A stretch of DNA of 64,000 nt from Candidatus Spongiisociaceae bacterium. GTDB taxonomy: Bacteria; Actinomycetota; Acidimicrobiia; Spongiisociales; Spongiisociaceae. The position numbers and the translations under genes were made by a program. Within the stretch, counting starts at the first letter, position 1. Each line of letters opens with the position of its first letter. Under the pieces are notes generated by a model. The model ran no database searches. It was not told where the DNA came from and saw only the letters and a program-made list of their open reading frames with translations. Shown here one piece after another: positions 21,407 to 30,511 of the stretch. The stretch spans positions 1,792,001 to 1,856,000 of the forward strand of contig OZ253564.1 in the NCBI GenBank assembly GCA_965262915.1, given 5' to 3'.

Positions 21407-22783
21407 ATGTTTGAGCGAAATCTTGGCTCGAGTAGTACGAAGGGTGTCGCGGGCGGCGAAGGCCCGCCGGATGAGGAGTCCGGCGAGGCTATGGATACGG
21501 TCGTGGAGACGGCCTCGGGCAGCCCGCACGTGAACCCCACCGGTGGCGTGTTCGACCTTGTCGAGGATGCTCTGGGGGAGCGGGAATTGTCTGCTCTGGA
21601 TTGGGTCGAGCTTGCATACCGGGCGCTGGGTCGGGTCGAAGTGGAAGGGTTGTGCCGTTCGGATCGGGAGGAGTTGGCGTCAGGCCTGGCCAGGGTGGGA
21701 TCCGTGGCGGCTTCGGGCCTGTGCAGGGTAGCCGAGTCAACGTCGGCTTCCGAGCCGGGTATCGATGTGGGGGAGATGCTGCGGCAGGCTACGGGTCTCT
21801 CCGCTCGGGAGACCAAGGACATGGTCGTGGTGGCGAGCGAGTTGAGGGACATGCCGGAGGTGGCCGAACGGTTCGCGTCCGGGAAGATGACCTTCGGGCA
21901 CGTCAAGGCTCTCGCGGCTGCTGCGCAGGAAGTCGGCGCCGAGATGGTCAACCAGCAGAAGGGGTTGCTGGATCTGGCGGGTGGCCTGCCGTCGGATACT
22001 TTCCGGAGGCGGGTGCGGAACTGGGCGACCCGGGTGATGCTCGATGCCGGTGTGGATCAACTCGACCGGCAGCGGCAGGCCCGCCGCGGGGCGATATGGA
22101 CGGATTGGCGGACCGGGATGCGAGTGCTGCGTTTCGAACTTGATCCGGTGAATGCCAGTCTGGTGGAGCAGGCCATCGACGGGAAGTTCCGCAAGCTATG
22201 GCTGGCCGACTCCGGCGGGGGTCAGGATCCCGACGACGTACGTACGCCCGCACAGCGGCTGGCCGATGCCTTCTTCGAGAAGGTCACCAAGCGAGATTCC
22301 TTCAGCTATGAGGCTCTCCCGGGTGGCGACGGCAAGACCGGATCGTCGGTGCTGTTGGTCCTGACGGCCGACGTCGCCGTCATCGATGGAACCGACCCGG
22401 ACGGGACGGTCGAGGTCTTGGGCGTCGGTCCCGTTCCCCGGCGCATGCTCGAGACACTCTCGCCGGATACGGAGCTGGTATCGATGATCTTTGCGGGGCC
22501 GGGGCGAGTGCTCTGGATGGGACGCAAGACCCGCCTCGGCAACACCCCCCAGCGTCTAGCTGTGGCGATACGGGACGGGGGCTGTTTCGAATGCGGCGCT
22601 CCGATGCACCGCTGCCAACTCCATCACATCCGGGAGTGGCGCCGAGACCAGGGTCCCACGGATGTGGACAATCTCGTCGCTGTGTGTCCCAAACATCACC
22701 GGTGGCTAAGCGACAACAACCTGCAGGTCCACCGGGCCGGCAACGGCTGGGAGACCAGACCCCGCGACGGACCGTCGCCGTAG
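21407..22783 (+). CDS. DUF222 / HNH endonuclease (13E12-repeat-like) protein
   Basis: RTPAQRLADA, QRLAVAIRDGGC..C, HHIREW...GPTDVDNLVAVC.KHH. Confidence 0.88.
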   Translation: MFERNLGSSSTKGVAGGEGPPDEESGEAMDTVVETASGSPHVNPTGGVFDLVEDALGERELSALDWVELAYRALGRVEVEGLCRSDREELASGLARVGSVAASGLCRVAESTSASEPGIDVGEMLRQATGLSARETKDMVVVASELRDMPEVAERFASGKMTFGHVKALAAAAQEVGAEMVNQQKGLLDLAGGLPSDTFRRRVRNWATRVMLDAGVDQLDRQRQARRGAIWTDWRTGMRVLRFELDPVNASLVEQAIDGKFRKLWLADSGGGQDPDDVRTPAQRLADAFFEKVTKRDSFSYEALPGGDGKTGSSVLLVLTADVAVIDGTDPDGTVEVLGVGPVPRRMLETLSPDTELVSMIFAGPGRVLWMGRKTRLGNTPQRLAVAIRDGGCFECGAPMHRCQLHHIREWRRDQGPTDVDNLVAVCPKHHRWLSDNNLQVHRAGNGWETRPRDGPSP

Positions 22784-22879
22784 GAACTCTCGGCTGGTAG
22801 CTGACGCTCGCCTTCCTCGATCGTAGGGGTTGCCCGGATTCGCAGGACCCGTCACTATCATGCGGGTCTAGGAGATCCG

Positions 22880-23374
22880 GTGGCCATATTTCCCATCCGC
22901 ACGTTTGGCGATCCCGTGCTGCGGGTTCGTACCGATAGGGTCGAGGTCTTCGACGATGCGCTGCGAAGGCTCGCCGAAGACATGATCGAGACCATGTACG
23001 ACGCGCCCGGCGTGGGCTTGGCGGCGCCCCAGATCGGTGTATCGAAGCGTATCTGCGTGTTCGATGCCGGTGATGGTCCCCAAGTGCTGGTCAACCCGGA
23101 AGTCGTCGAGGGATCCGGTAGCTGGGAGTTCGATGAGGGTTGCCTCTCGGTGCCGGGGCACTACTGGACGATCGTCCGGCCGGCGTGGGCGAGGGCTGCC
23201 GGGCAGGACCTGGACGGGGCTCCGGTCGAATATGCCGGTGAAGAACTCCTCGGCAGGGTTCTCCAGCACGAAACGGACCATCTGAACGGAATGCTGCTCA
23301 TAGAGCGGCTTGACGGGTCCACCCGTAAGGCAGCCCTTCGCGATCTCCGCAACAAGGCACTCGGGTTGGCCTAG
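22880..23374 (+). CDS. def: Peptide deformylase
   Basis: GVGLAAPQIG, EGCLS, QHETDHLNG. Confidence 0.97.
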   Translation: MAIFPIRTFGDPVLRVRTDRVEVFDDALRRLAEDMIETMYDAPGVGLAAPQIGVSKRICVFDAGDGPQVLVNPEVVEGSGSWEFDEGCLSVPGHYWTIVRPAWARAAGQDLDGAPVEYAGEELLGRVLQHETDHLNGMLLIERLDGSTRKAALRDLRNKALGLA

Positions 23375-23538
23375 TGATCTGTCTGCAAAGTGATTCGCCG
23401 TGTCCTGCTTGCCATCGACGCCCCTCGCTGCGTTCCGCCTCCTCGACGTACGCTCCCGGTACGCCTTCGTCGGCGGGCCTTGTGAGAAACGCCGCTGCCG
23501 GCGCATGCCACACCGCCACTTCACAGACAGACCACTCG
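23371..23538. mobile_element. MITE family A (~168 bp), copy 1
   Basis: CTAG-tgatctgtctg...cagacagacca-CTCG terminal inverted repeats; closely similar to 44098-44265. Confidence 0.85.
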
Positions 23539-24449
23539 TGATCCGGACGGCATTCCTGGGGACTCCGCGATCGGCCGTTCCCTCGCTCGAGACACTCGCC
23601 GAGTTCGCTGACCTCCGCTTGGTGGTCACCCGCCCGGACCGTCCCCACGGCAGGGGCCGGACCCCGGTTGCGCCCCCGGTGAAAGCCAGGGCGCTCGAAC
23701 TGGGGATTCCGGTCCGCCAACCGTCCAATCCGCGGGAACTCGATGCCGTTGTCGCCCGGCGGGCTCTCGATGTTGCGGTGGTGGTTGCCTACGGGATGGT
23801 CGTGCCGGAAGAGGCGCTTGGCCGTCCGCGTTCCGGCATGGTGAACCTGCACTTCTCTCTGCTGCCCCGGTGGAGGGGCGCGGCACCGGTCCAGCAGGCC
23901 ATCCTGGCGGGTGACCCCACCACGGGAGTGACTCTGATGGAGATGGAGACAGGACTCGACACCGGAGCTGTCCTTGGGGTCTGGGAGACGGCGATCGGGG
24001 TGGACGAGGCCGCCGGTCCGTTGACCGATCGGCTGGCGGTCGGGGGAGCCGAACTCCTCAGAGACAAGCTGGAAGCCGTAGTCAGGGGGGAACTCGTACC
24101 GGTGCCCCAGAGTGAGGGACTCGCCACGCGGGCACCTCGCTTCACGACAGGTGACGCCAGGCTTGACTTCAGCAGACCGGCAACCGAGGTGGTACGAACC
24201 ATCCGCGCCTTCCATCCTCGTCCCGGTGCCTATACCTGCTGGCGCAAACGGCGGTTCAAGTTACACCGGGGGCAGGTGGTTTCCGGTCACCTCGAACCGG
24301 GTCGGTTGGAAGCCCATCCGCGGGGTGTGCGGGTGGGCACGGTCGAAGGGTGCGTCGAGCTGATGACCGTCCAGCCGGCCGGAGGGAAGTCCATGGAGGC
24401 TCTCCGGTGGCTCCGGGGCGTCAAGGGTGATCCGGGTCGTTTCGTGTGA
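23538..24449 (+). CDS. fmt: Methionyl-tRNA formyltransferase
   Basis: FLGTP, VVTRPDRP.GRG, NLHFSLLPRWRGAAP; GTG start immediately after the MITE. Confidence 0.96.
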   Translation: MIRTAFLGTPRSAVPSLETLAEFADLRLVVTRPDRPHGRGRTPVAPPVKARALELGIPVRQPSNPRELDAVVARRALDVAVVVAYGMVVPEEALGRPRSGMVNLHFSLLPRWRGAAPVQQAILAGDPTTGVTLMEMETGLDTGAVLGVWETAIGVDEAAGPLTDRLAVGGAELLRDKLEAVVRGELVPVPQSEGLATRAPRFTTGDARLDFSRPATEVVRTIRAFHPRPGAYTCWRKRRFKLHRGQVVSGHLEPGRLEAHPRGVRVGTVEGCVELMTVQPAGGKSMEALRWLRGVKGDPGRFV

Positions 24450-25645
24450 AACCCGGGGTCGAAGCGCGGTTGGTGGCAGCCCGGCTCGTGGGAAGGGTGG
24501 TTCGAGGGGGCGCTTGGTCAAACGTGGTGGTTCGACATCTGGATCTCCTACCGGATGATGCACGCTTGGTGCGGCACCTCGTCTACGGGACGCTGAGAAA
24601 CCTCGGACGACTGGATCGGGCGGTCGCCGGGTTGTCGCACCGACCGGTTCCCACCATTGACGACGGTCTACTCGATGTGCTCAGGGTGGCCTTCCACGAG
24701 GTTCTGTTCGGGCGCACCGCCGGCCACGCGGTGCCCGATATGGCGGTCGAGTCGGCCCGGGCTCTCGGTTACGGCCGAGCGGCCGGGTTCGTCAATGCCC
24801 TGGTCAGGAACCTGCAGCGATGCGGGGAACCTACGCCGCCATCCGGAACCGCCGAGAGGTTCGGCCTGCCGGAGTGGCTGGTCGAAGATCTGGTCTCCAC
24901 GTGGGGGAAGGAGGCGACCTCGGCGTTTGCCGAGGCGGGCCACAAGGACGCTCCGGTGGCGTTCCGGATGCAATCGGGCGCAAGCCCGCCCGTCGACGCG
25001 GTTCCGGCTGCGGTTCCCGGTGCCTATTCGCATCCGGAGGGCCGCGTCCCGCCCGGCGCAATAGTGCAGGATCCTGCCTCGGTGGCGGTGGTGCGGGCGA
25101 TGCGCGTCGGTCCCGGAGATCAGGTTCTCGAGGTCGGGGCTGCGCCGGGAGGCAAGACGCTGGCGCTCTGGGATCGGGAGCCCGACCGGCTCGTTGCTCT
25201 GGACATACACCCCCGACGCATTCGGAGAGCCAGGGAACGTGCGGCCCGTTCGGGCTTCGCAGGTTGGTGGGTGAGAGCGGACGGCGTTCGTTTGCCGTTT
25301 CGCCGGGCTTGCTTCGACAAAGTACTGGTGGATGCGCCCTGCACCGGTTTGGGGACCCTCCGCCGCCGTCCGGAGATCGGTTTCCGTGTCTCTGTGGGGG
25401 ACCGCGACCGGTTGGCCAGACTCCAGCGGCGCATGCTGGAGGAGGCGCTGGAAGTGGTCCGACCTGGTGGGCGGGTCGTCTACGCCGTATGTACGGTGAC
25501 ATCGGCCGAGACAATCCAGGTCACGGCCGGCTTGGGCAGCCGCCCTCCGGGTGATTTGCCTGGCCAGCACCTGGAAGGAGGTCTGCTCATGGGCCCGCAC
25601 CTGACCGGGACCGATGGCATGTTCATCTCGGTTATCGATCGGTGA
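24446..25645 (+). CDS. rsmB: 16S rRNA m5C methyltransferase RsmB/Sun family
   Basis: NusB-like N-terminus, AAPGGKT, VDAPCTGLG..RRRPE, YAVCT. Confidence 0.9.
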   Translation: MKPGVEARLVAARLVGRVVRGGAWSNVVVRHLDLLPDDARLVRHLVYGTLRNLGRLDRAVAGLSHRPVPTIDDGLLDVLRVAFHEVLFGRTAGHAVPDMAVESARALGYGRAAGFVNALVRNLQRCGEPTPPSGTAERFGLPEWLVEDLVSTWGKEATSAFAEAGHKDAPVAFRMQSGASPPVDAVPAAVPGAYSHPEGRVPPGAIVQDPASVAVVRAMRVGPGDQVLEVGAAPGGKTLALWDREPDRLVALDIHPRRIRRARERAARSGFAGWWVRADGVRLPFRRACFDKVLVDAPCTGLGTLRRRPEIGFRVSVGDRDRLARLQRRMLEEALEVVRPGGRVVYAVCTVTSAETIQVTAGLGSRPPGDLPGQHLEGGLLMGPHLTGTDGMFISVIDR

Positions 25646-25735
25646 CCATACGACTGGCCCCCGGCTACTGATCCGTAACACCCTCCACCGAGCAGCCGTA
25701 CACCACCTCGGACCCTCTGACGGTACTCTACGACC

Positions 25736-26413
25736 GTGATCAAACCGGTTCGCATCGCGGCATCGATCCTCGCAGCCGACTTCGCCTGGCTCGGCCGGGA
25801 AGTTGCCAGGGTGGAGTCCCACCTCGACATGCTCCACGTCGACGTGATGGACGGTCACTTCGTTCCCAACATCTCATTGGGAATCCCTGTGATCCGCTCC
25901 CTCCGAGCGGTATCCGGTTTGCCCTTCGATTGCCACCTGATGACCACCAACCCCGACTCCCTGATCGGCGCCCTCCGCGAAGCGGGTGCCACCGGGATCA
26001 CCGTACATCTGGAAGCAGTACCCGACCCCACTCGGATAGCCCGCCTGGCCCGCCAGATCGGACTCGGTTTCGGGGTGGTCATAAACCCCGGAACGCCCTA
26101 CGAGGCCATGGATCCTTACCTCGAACTCTGCGACCTGGCACTGGTCATGTCTGTCGAGCCGGGATTCGGGGGGCAGGAGTTCATAGGCGCGGTGCTCGAG
26201 AAGGTCGAAGAAGCCCGCAGCGCCATTGACAGCCGGGGCCTGGATGTCGACCTGCAGATCGACGGTGGGATCACTTCGCACACGATCGGAGCGGCCCGCC
26301 GGGCCGGGGCCGATGTGTTCGTGGCGGGAACCGCTATCTTCGGTCGGCCGGATCCTGTGGCGGCGATCACCGATCTGAGGAACGCGGCCACTCCGGGGGG
26401 TGCTGAGCAGTGA
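25736..26413 (+). CDS. rpe: Ribulose-phosphate 3-epimerase
   Basis: SILAADF, HVDVMDGHFVPN, MSVEPGFGGQ, IDGG. Confidence 0.97.
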   Translation: MIKPVRIAASILAADFAWLGREVARVESHLDMLHVDVMDGHFVPNISLGIPVIRSLRAVSGLPFDCHLMTTNPDSLIGALREAGATGITVHLEAVPDPTRIARLARQIGLGFGVVINPGTPYEAMDPYLELCDLALVMSVEPGFGGQEFIGAVLEKVEEARSAIDSRGLDVDLQIDGGITSHTIGAARRAGADVFVAGTAIFGRPDPVAAITDLRNAATPGGAEQ

Positions 26414-26525
26414 CAATTGCGCGGCTTCACCGCTCGCCGGCCGGAATCCTCGTCATTGACCGGCGCAACGCCCGGGAATCGGTCGGTACCGTCGTCGAGG
26501 CCTGGCAGGTGGAAGGAGACGGGCC

Positions 26526-27971
26526 GTGAGTCCGGCCTGGTCGGAGACCGAACGCTGGATGATCAGAGCGATCGAATTGGCCCGCCCCCACCGTACCCAT
26601 CCCAATCCCCGGGTCGGATGCGTCATTGCGGATGCAGCCGGAGAGGTGGTGGGGGAAGGGGCCCATCGAGGTGTCGGGACCGACCATGCCGAGCAGCAAG
26701 CCCTGCGGCAGGCAGGACCTGCCGCCCGCGGCGGTGTCGCCGTCGTGTCCCTGGAGCCATGTGCACATTTCGGTCGGACCCCCCCCTGTGCCGACGCGCT
26801 GGTAGCGGCGGGGATTGCCAAGGTCGTGACGGCCACCCGCGATCCGGATCGACGGGTCGGAGGAAGAGGGCTGGAGATACTGGAGAATGCCGGGATCGAG
26901 ACATCGGTCGGGCTGTTCGCACATGAGGCCATCGCTCTCGACCCCGCGTACCACCACCATCGACGTACCGGCCGCCCATATGTCCGGGCGGTACTCACCG
27001 GTGGGCTGGACCGCTCTGACAGTGCGATCCGATCCGACGTGCATACGCTCGAGGATGGCATCGACCGCATGATTGCCGCGACCGATCTCACTGCTCGGGA
27101 CGGAGGCGGAGGGAGCCCGACGAACCGGTTGATCGGGCTGGGGGAACGGGGTCTCATCTACGTGGGAGTGCGGGACGAGGAACTGGTTGCCCGGCTTCAT
27201 GGGGCGGATCTGATCGATGCAGTGACCGTCTACTCCGACCACCCGACGCTGGACGACGATCCTATCTGGAGCAGTGGCGGTTACCACCGCGTGGCTTCCC
27301 GGTCGGTCGGCTCCCGTTACCGCATCGATCTGGACCGGATCGGTCGGCTGCAGGCACGACTGGTAAGACGAGGTGCCGAAGCGAGCATCCCCACCCGATA
27401 CGGCCGATTCCGGGCAATCGGTTACGAGTCCCTCGCAGACGGCCGCCAGCACGTTGCGCTGGTGCGTGGCACGGTGGCAGGAACCAGGGACGTGCTGGTG
27501 CGAGTCCATTCGGAATGCCTCACCGGAGATGTCTTCGCCAGCCTCCGATGCGACTGTGGTTCTCAGTTGGATGAGGCGTTGCGGCGCATCGGGGAGGGGG
27601 GCCGGGGGGTCGTCCTGTACATAAGGGATCACGAGGGTCGGGGTATCGGATTGATCCACAAGCTGGCTGCCTACGCGTTGCAGGAGCGGGGGCGGGACAC
27701 AGTCGAAGCCAATCTCGATCTCGGGTTCCCCGAGGACGGCCGCGACTACGGCGTGGGAGCTCGGATCCTGAGCGATCTCGGGGTCAGCACGCTGCGCCTG
27801 TTGACCAACAACCCCGCCAAGCGGGCAGGTATCGAGGAGAACGGCCTCAGGATCGTGGAGCGGGTTCCGCTGGTCACCGGCGAGAACGAGCACAACCGGT
27901 CTTACCTGCGGACCAAGGTCACCAAGTTGGGACATTTGATGGACTTGCAGGATCGGCCCCCGCAAAAGTGA
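26526..27971 (+). CDS. RibD pyrimidine deaminase domain fused to GTP cyclohydrolase II (RibA)
   Basis: PNPRVGC, HAE, LEPCAH.GRTPPC (deaminase); [29 protein letters not shown] (RibA). Confidence 0.9.
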   Translation: MSPAWSETERWMIRAIELARPHRTHPNPRVGCVIADAAGEVVGEGAHRGVGTDHAEQQALRQAGPAARGGVAVVSLEPCAHFGRTPPCADALVAAGIAKVVTATRDPDRRVGGRGLEILENAGIETSVGLFAHEAIALDPAYHHHRRTGRPYVRAVLTGGLDRSDSAIRSDVHTLEDGIDRMIAATDLTARDGGGGSPTNRLIGLGERGLIYVGVRDEELVARLHGADLIDAVTVYSDHPTLDDDPIWSSGGYHRVASRSVGSRYRIDLDRIGRLQARLVRRGAEASIPTRYGRFRAIGYESLADGRQHVALVRGTVAGTRDVLVRVHSECLTGDVFASLRCDCGSQLDEALRRIGEGGRGVVLYIRDHEGRGIGLIHKLAAYALQERGRDTVEANLDLGFPEDGRDYGVGARILSDLGVSTLRLLTNNPAKRAGIEENGLRIVERVPLVTGENEHNRSYLRTKVTKLGHLMDLQDRPPQK

Positions 27972-28044
27972 GAGGGGCGGTGCGCCGGCTCCGCCGCCTA
28001 GAGGGTACTCGTCTCCCGATCTCCTATACTGCCGGTTGCGAACA

Positions 28045-28220
28045 AGACGAAGAGGAAGCCGGTTGCTTCCCACCCGGCCACCGGAGGTGGTTTTACCGGG
28101 GTCTCCGAGACACCCGGTCGCCAAGTGTGCCGAGGTAGTAGCACCCCGTGACACATTGTGATACGAGGGGAACCGACACCCCTAGGGGTATGGCTGACGC
28201 AGCCGGGCTTCTGTTTTTCT
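28045..28220 (+). promoter_or_regulatory. Probable L20 (infC) leader RNA
   Basis: GGAAGC-cggtt-GCTTCCCACC hairpin with a distal complementary gcagccgggcttc followed by a T-run, upstream of infC-rpmI-rplT. Confidence 0.65.
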
Positions 28221-28273
28221 ACCTATTACGCGTTGATGCTGCACGAACAGACCGACGAGCAAAGGAGATCCGT

Positions 28274-28831
28274 ATCGCCAAACTACGTGTAAACGACGAG
28301 ATCCGCGCTACCGAGGTGAGGGTGGTGGCTCCCGACGGTTCCCAGGTCGGGGTGAAAAGCCTCCGGGAGGCCAGATGGTTGGCCGACCAGTTGGGCTTGG
28401 ACCTAGTGGAGGTGGCGCCCGGGGCGACTCCCCCCGTGGCCCGGTTGATGGACTACGGCAAATACAAATACGAGCAGTCCGTGAAGGAGAGGGAAGCGCG
28501 CAAGAAGCAGTCGCGCAGCACGGTCAAGGAGATCGCCTTCCGGGTCAAGATCGGGAATCACGACTACGAAATCAAGCGAGACCGTGCCCTGCGCTTCCTG
28601 AACAACGGGGACAGGGTCCGCGTACGGGTCTGGCTTCGGGGTCGTGAAGCCTCCCGTCCCCAACTGGGTATGGCCATTCTCGATCGGCTCAGTACCGACT
28701 TGGCCGAGATGGCGCGGATCGAGCAGGAGCCCAAGATCGAAGGCCGCAACATGACAATGGCCTTTGCGCCGCTCAAGAGGCCGACCCGGCGACCCGTGGA
28801 GGGTAGTTCGGGTCGCAAATACGAGGTTTAG
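28274..28831 (+). CDS. infC: Translation initiation factor IF-3 (probable ATC start)
   Basis: [23 protein letters not shown]; SD AAGGAG at 28262-28267 precedes in-frame ATC at 28274. Confidence 0.93.
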   Translation: MAKLRVNDEIRATEVRVVAPDGSQVGVKSLREARWLADQLGLDLVEVAPGATPPVARLMDYGKYKYEQSVKEREARKKQSRSTVKEIAFRVKIGNHDYEIKRDRALRFLNNGDRVRVRVWLRGREASRPQLGMAILDRLSTDLAEMARIEQEPKIEGRNMTMAFAPLKRPTRRPVEGSSGRKYEV

Positions 28832-28839
28832 GAAACACC

Positions 28840-29034
28840 ATGCCGAAGATGAAGACTCATAAGGGTGCCGCCAAGCGGTTCAAAGTGACCGGATCCGGGC
28901 GCCTACGACGGCGGCAATCCCACCGTGGCCACCTGCGCCTAGCGAAGGGCAAGGATAGCTACCGGCGCCTGAAGGGCGAAGCAGACCTGGCCAAGGGCGA
29001 CGAGAAGCGGGCCAAGCGCCTGCTCGGGATGTAA
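28840..29034 (+). CDS. rpmI: 50S ribosomal protein L35
   Basis: [20 protein letters not shown]. Confidence 0.97.
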   Translation: MPKMKTHKGAAKRFKVTGSGRLRRRQSHRGHLRLAKGKDSYRRLKGEADLAKGDEKRAKRLLGM

Positions 29035-29058
29035 GCGGACAGTGAGGGAGGTCCGACA

Positions 29059-29415
29059 ATGGCACGAGTAAAACGCGCCTCGAATGCCCGCTCCAGGCAT
29101 AGAAAGGTTCTGGAGAGGGCGAAGGGTTACCGCGGCGCCAAGAGCCGGAGTTACCGGGCTGCCAACGAACAGGTGATGAAGTCCTTGCAGTACGCCTACC
29201 GAGATCGGCGGGCGCGCAAGGGCCAGTTCCGGCGACTGTGGATCAGCCGCATAAACGCTGCTGCCCGTGAAAACGGGACGACCTACTCACGGCTTATAGC
29301 CGGACTCAAGGCCGCTGACTTCGGCGTGGATCGCAAGATGCTGGCCGACATAGCTGTCAACGACCCGGAGACCTTCCGCCAGATCGTCGAGATGGCCGGG
29401 ACCGACCGGACGTGA
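29059..29415 (+). CDS. rplT: 50S ribosomal protein L20
   Basis: [33 protein letters not shown]. Confidence 0.98.
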   Translation: MARVKRASNARSRHRKVLERAKGYRGAKSRSYRAANEQVMKSLQYAYRDRRARKGQFRRLWISRINAAARENGTTYSRLIAGLKAADFGVDRKMLADIAVNDPETFRQIVEMAGTDRT

Positions 29416-29424
29416 TCTCGCCAG

Positions 29425-30468
29425 ATGGTGGACGGGTCCGCTAGCCCGATGGACCCGGGGGGGATCGCGCAGATCGTCGACACGGCTCGGGAGCGGATCG
29501 CGCAGGCGGCCGATTTGGCCGATCTGGCCCGTGTCAAATTGGAGACTATCGGACGCCAGGCCGAGATCACCGAGGCGCGGCGGGGGATAGGCGCCCTCGA
29601 ACCACATCTCCGCAGGACCGTGGGGCGGGCGGTCAACGAAGCCGTGCGGTCGCTCACCCAGGCCATCGAGGCGAGGCGGGCAGTCCTTGAGATCGAGGCC
29701 GAGAACGCACTGCTCGAGCAGGACCGGGTAGATGTGACCCTGCCTTATGGCCGGCCCAGTCGGGGAACCCACCACCTCCTGACGCGGACCATGGACGAGG
29801 TGTGTGACGTGTTCCGGTCGATCGGTTACCAGGTGGCGGAGGGTCCTGAACTCGAGCTGGCCTGGTACAATTTCGACGCGCTCAACACCCCACCCACCCA
29901 TCCATCGCGATTCGAGTCGGACACGATGTACGTGGAATCCTTCGACGGCGAGGTGCGCACCGGCCCCGACGAGTTGCTCCTACGGACCCAGACCTCGCCC
30001 ATGCAGATCCGGTACATGGAACAGCATCCTCCTCCCGTCTATGTCGTTGTACCGGGAAGGGTGTTCCGCACGGACACTTGGGACGCCACCCACTCGCCCG
30101 TGTTCCACCAGATAGAGGGACTCGCGGTGGACTCGGACATTACGTTCGGTGACTTGAAGGGAACCCTGGCCCATTTCGCAACGGAGTTCTTCGGGCCCTC
30201 CGCCCGAACTCGCTTCGTGCCGCATTTCTTTCCGTTCACCGAGCCATCGGCCGAGATGCTGGTGTGGTTCAACGGCGAGTGGTTGGAGATGCTCGGGTGC
30301 GGGATGGTGGATCCCAACGTCTTCGAGGCGGTGGGGTACGACCCGGCCGAGGTGACCGGGTTCGCCTTCGGGATGGGAGTGGAGCGCCTGGCGATGGTCA
30401 AGCACGCTATCACCGATATTCGCCACTTCTACGAAAACGACCTGCGAATACTCGGGCAGTTCCGATGA
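29425..30468 (+). CDS. pheS: Phenylalanine-tRNA ligase alpha subunit
   Basis: NFDALN, LLRTQTSP, HSPVFHQIEG, FPFTEPS, GFAFGMGVERL. Confidence 0.98.
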   Translation: MVDGSASPMDPGGIAQIVDTARERIAQAADLADLARVKLETIGRQAEITEARRGIGALEPHLRRTVGRAVNEAVRSLTQAIEARRAVLEIEAENALLEQDRVDVTLPYGRPSRGTHHLLTRTMDEVCDVFRSIGYQVAEGPELELAWYNFDALNTPPTHPSRFESDTMYVESFDGEVRTGPDELLLRTQTSPMQIRYMEQHPPPVYVVVPGRVFRTDTWDATHSPVFHQIEGLAVDSDITFGDLKGTLAHFATEFFGPSARTRFVPHFFPFTEPSAEMLVWFNGEWLEMLGCGMVDPNVFEAVGYDPAEVTGFAFGMGVERLAMVKHAITDIRHFYENDLRILGQFR

Positions 30469-30511
30469 GGTTCCCGCGTGCCCGAGGCCGGTGCATCGGA
30501 GCGACCAACAG

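Noticed and set aside
23400-23537. Upstream starts in the ORF track for fmt (23400) and miaB (44127)
   Set aside because: The extensions are MITE sequence and family homology starts downstream; kept only as a hypothesis in findings
26413-26526. FMN riboswitch before the rib gene
   Set aside because: Conserved AGGGCGGGGTGAAATTCCC..CGGT core not present
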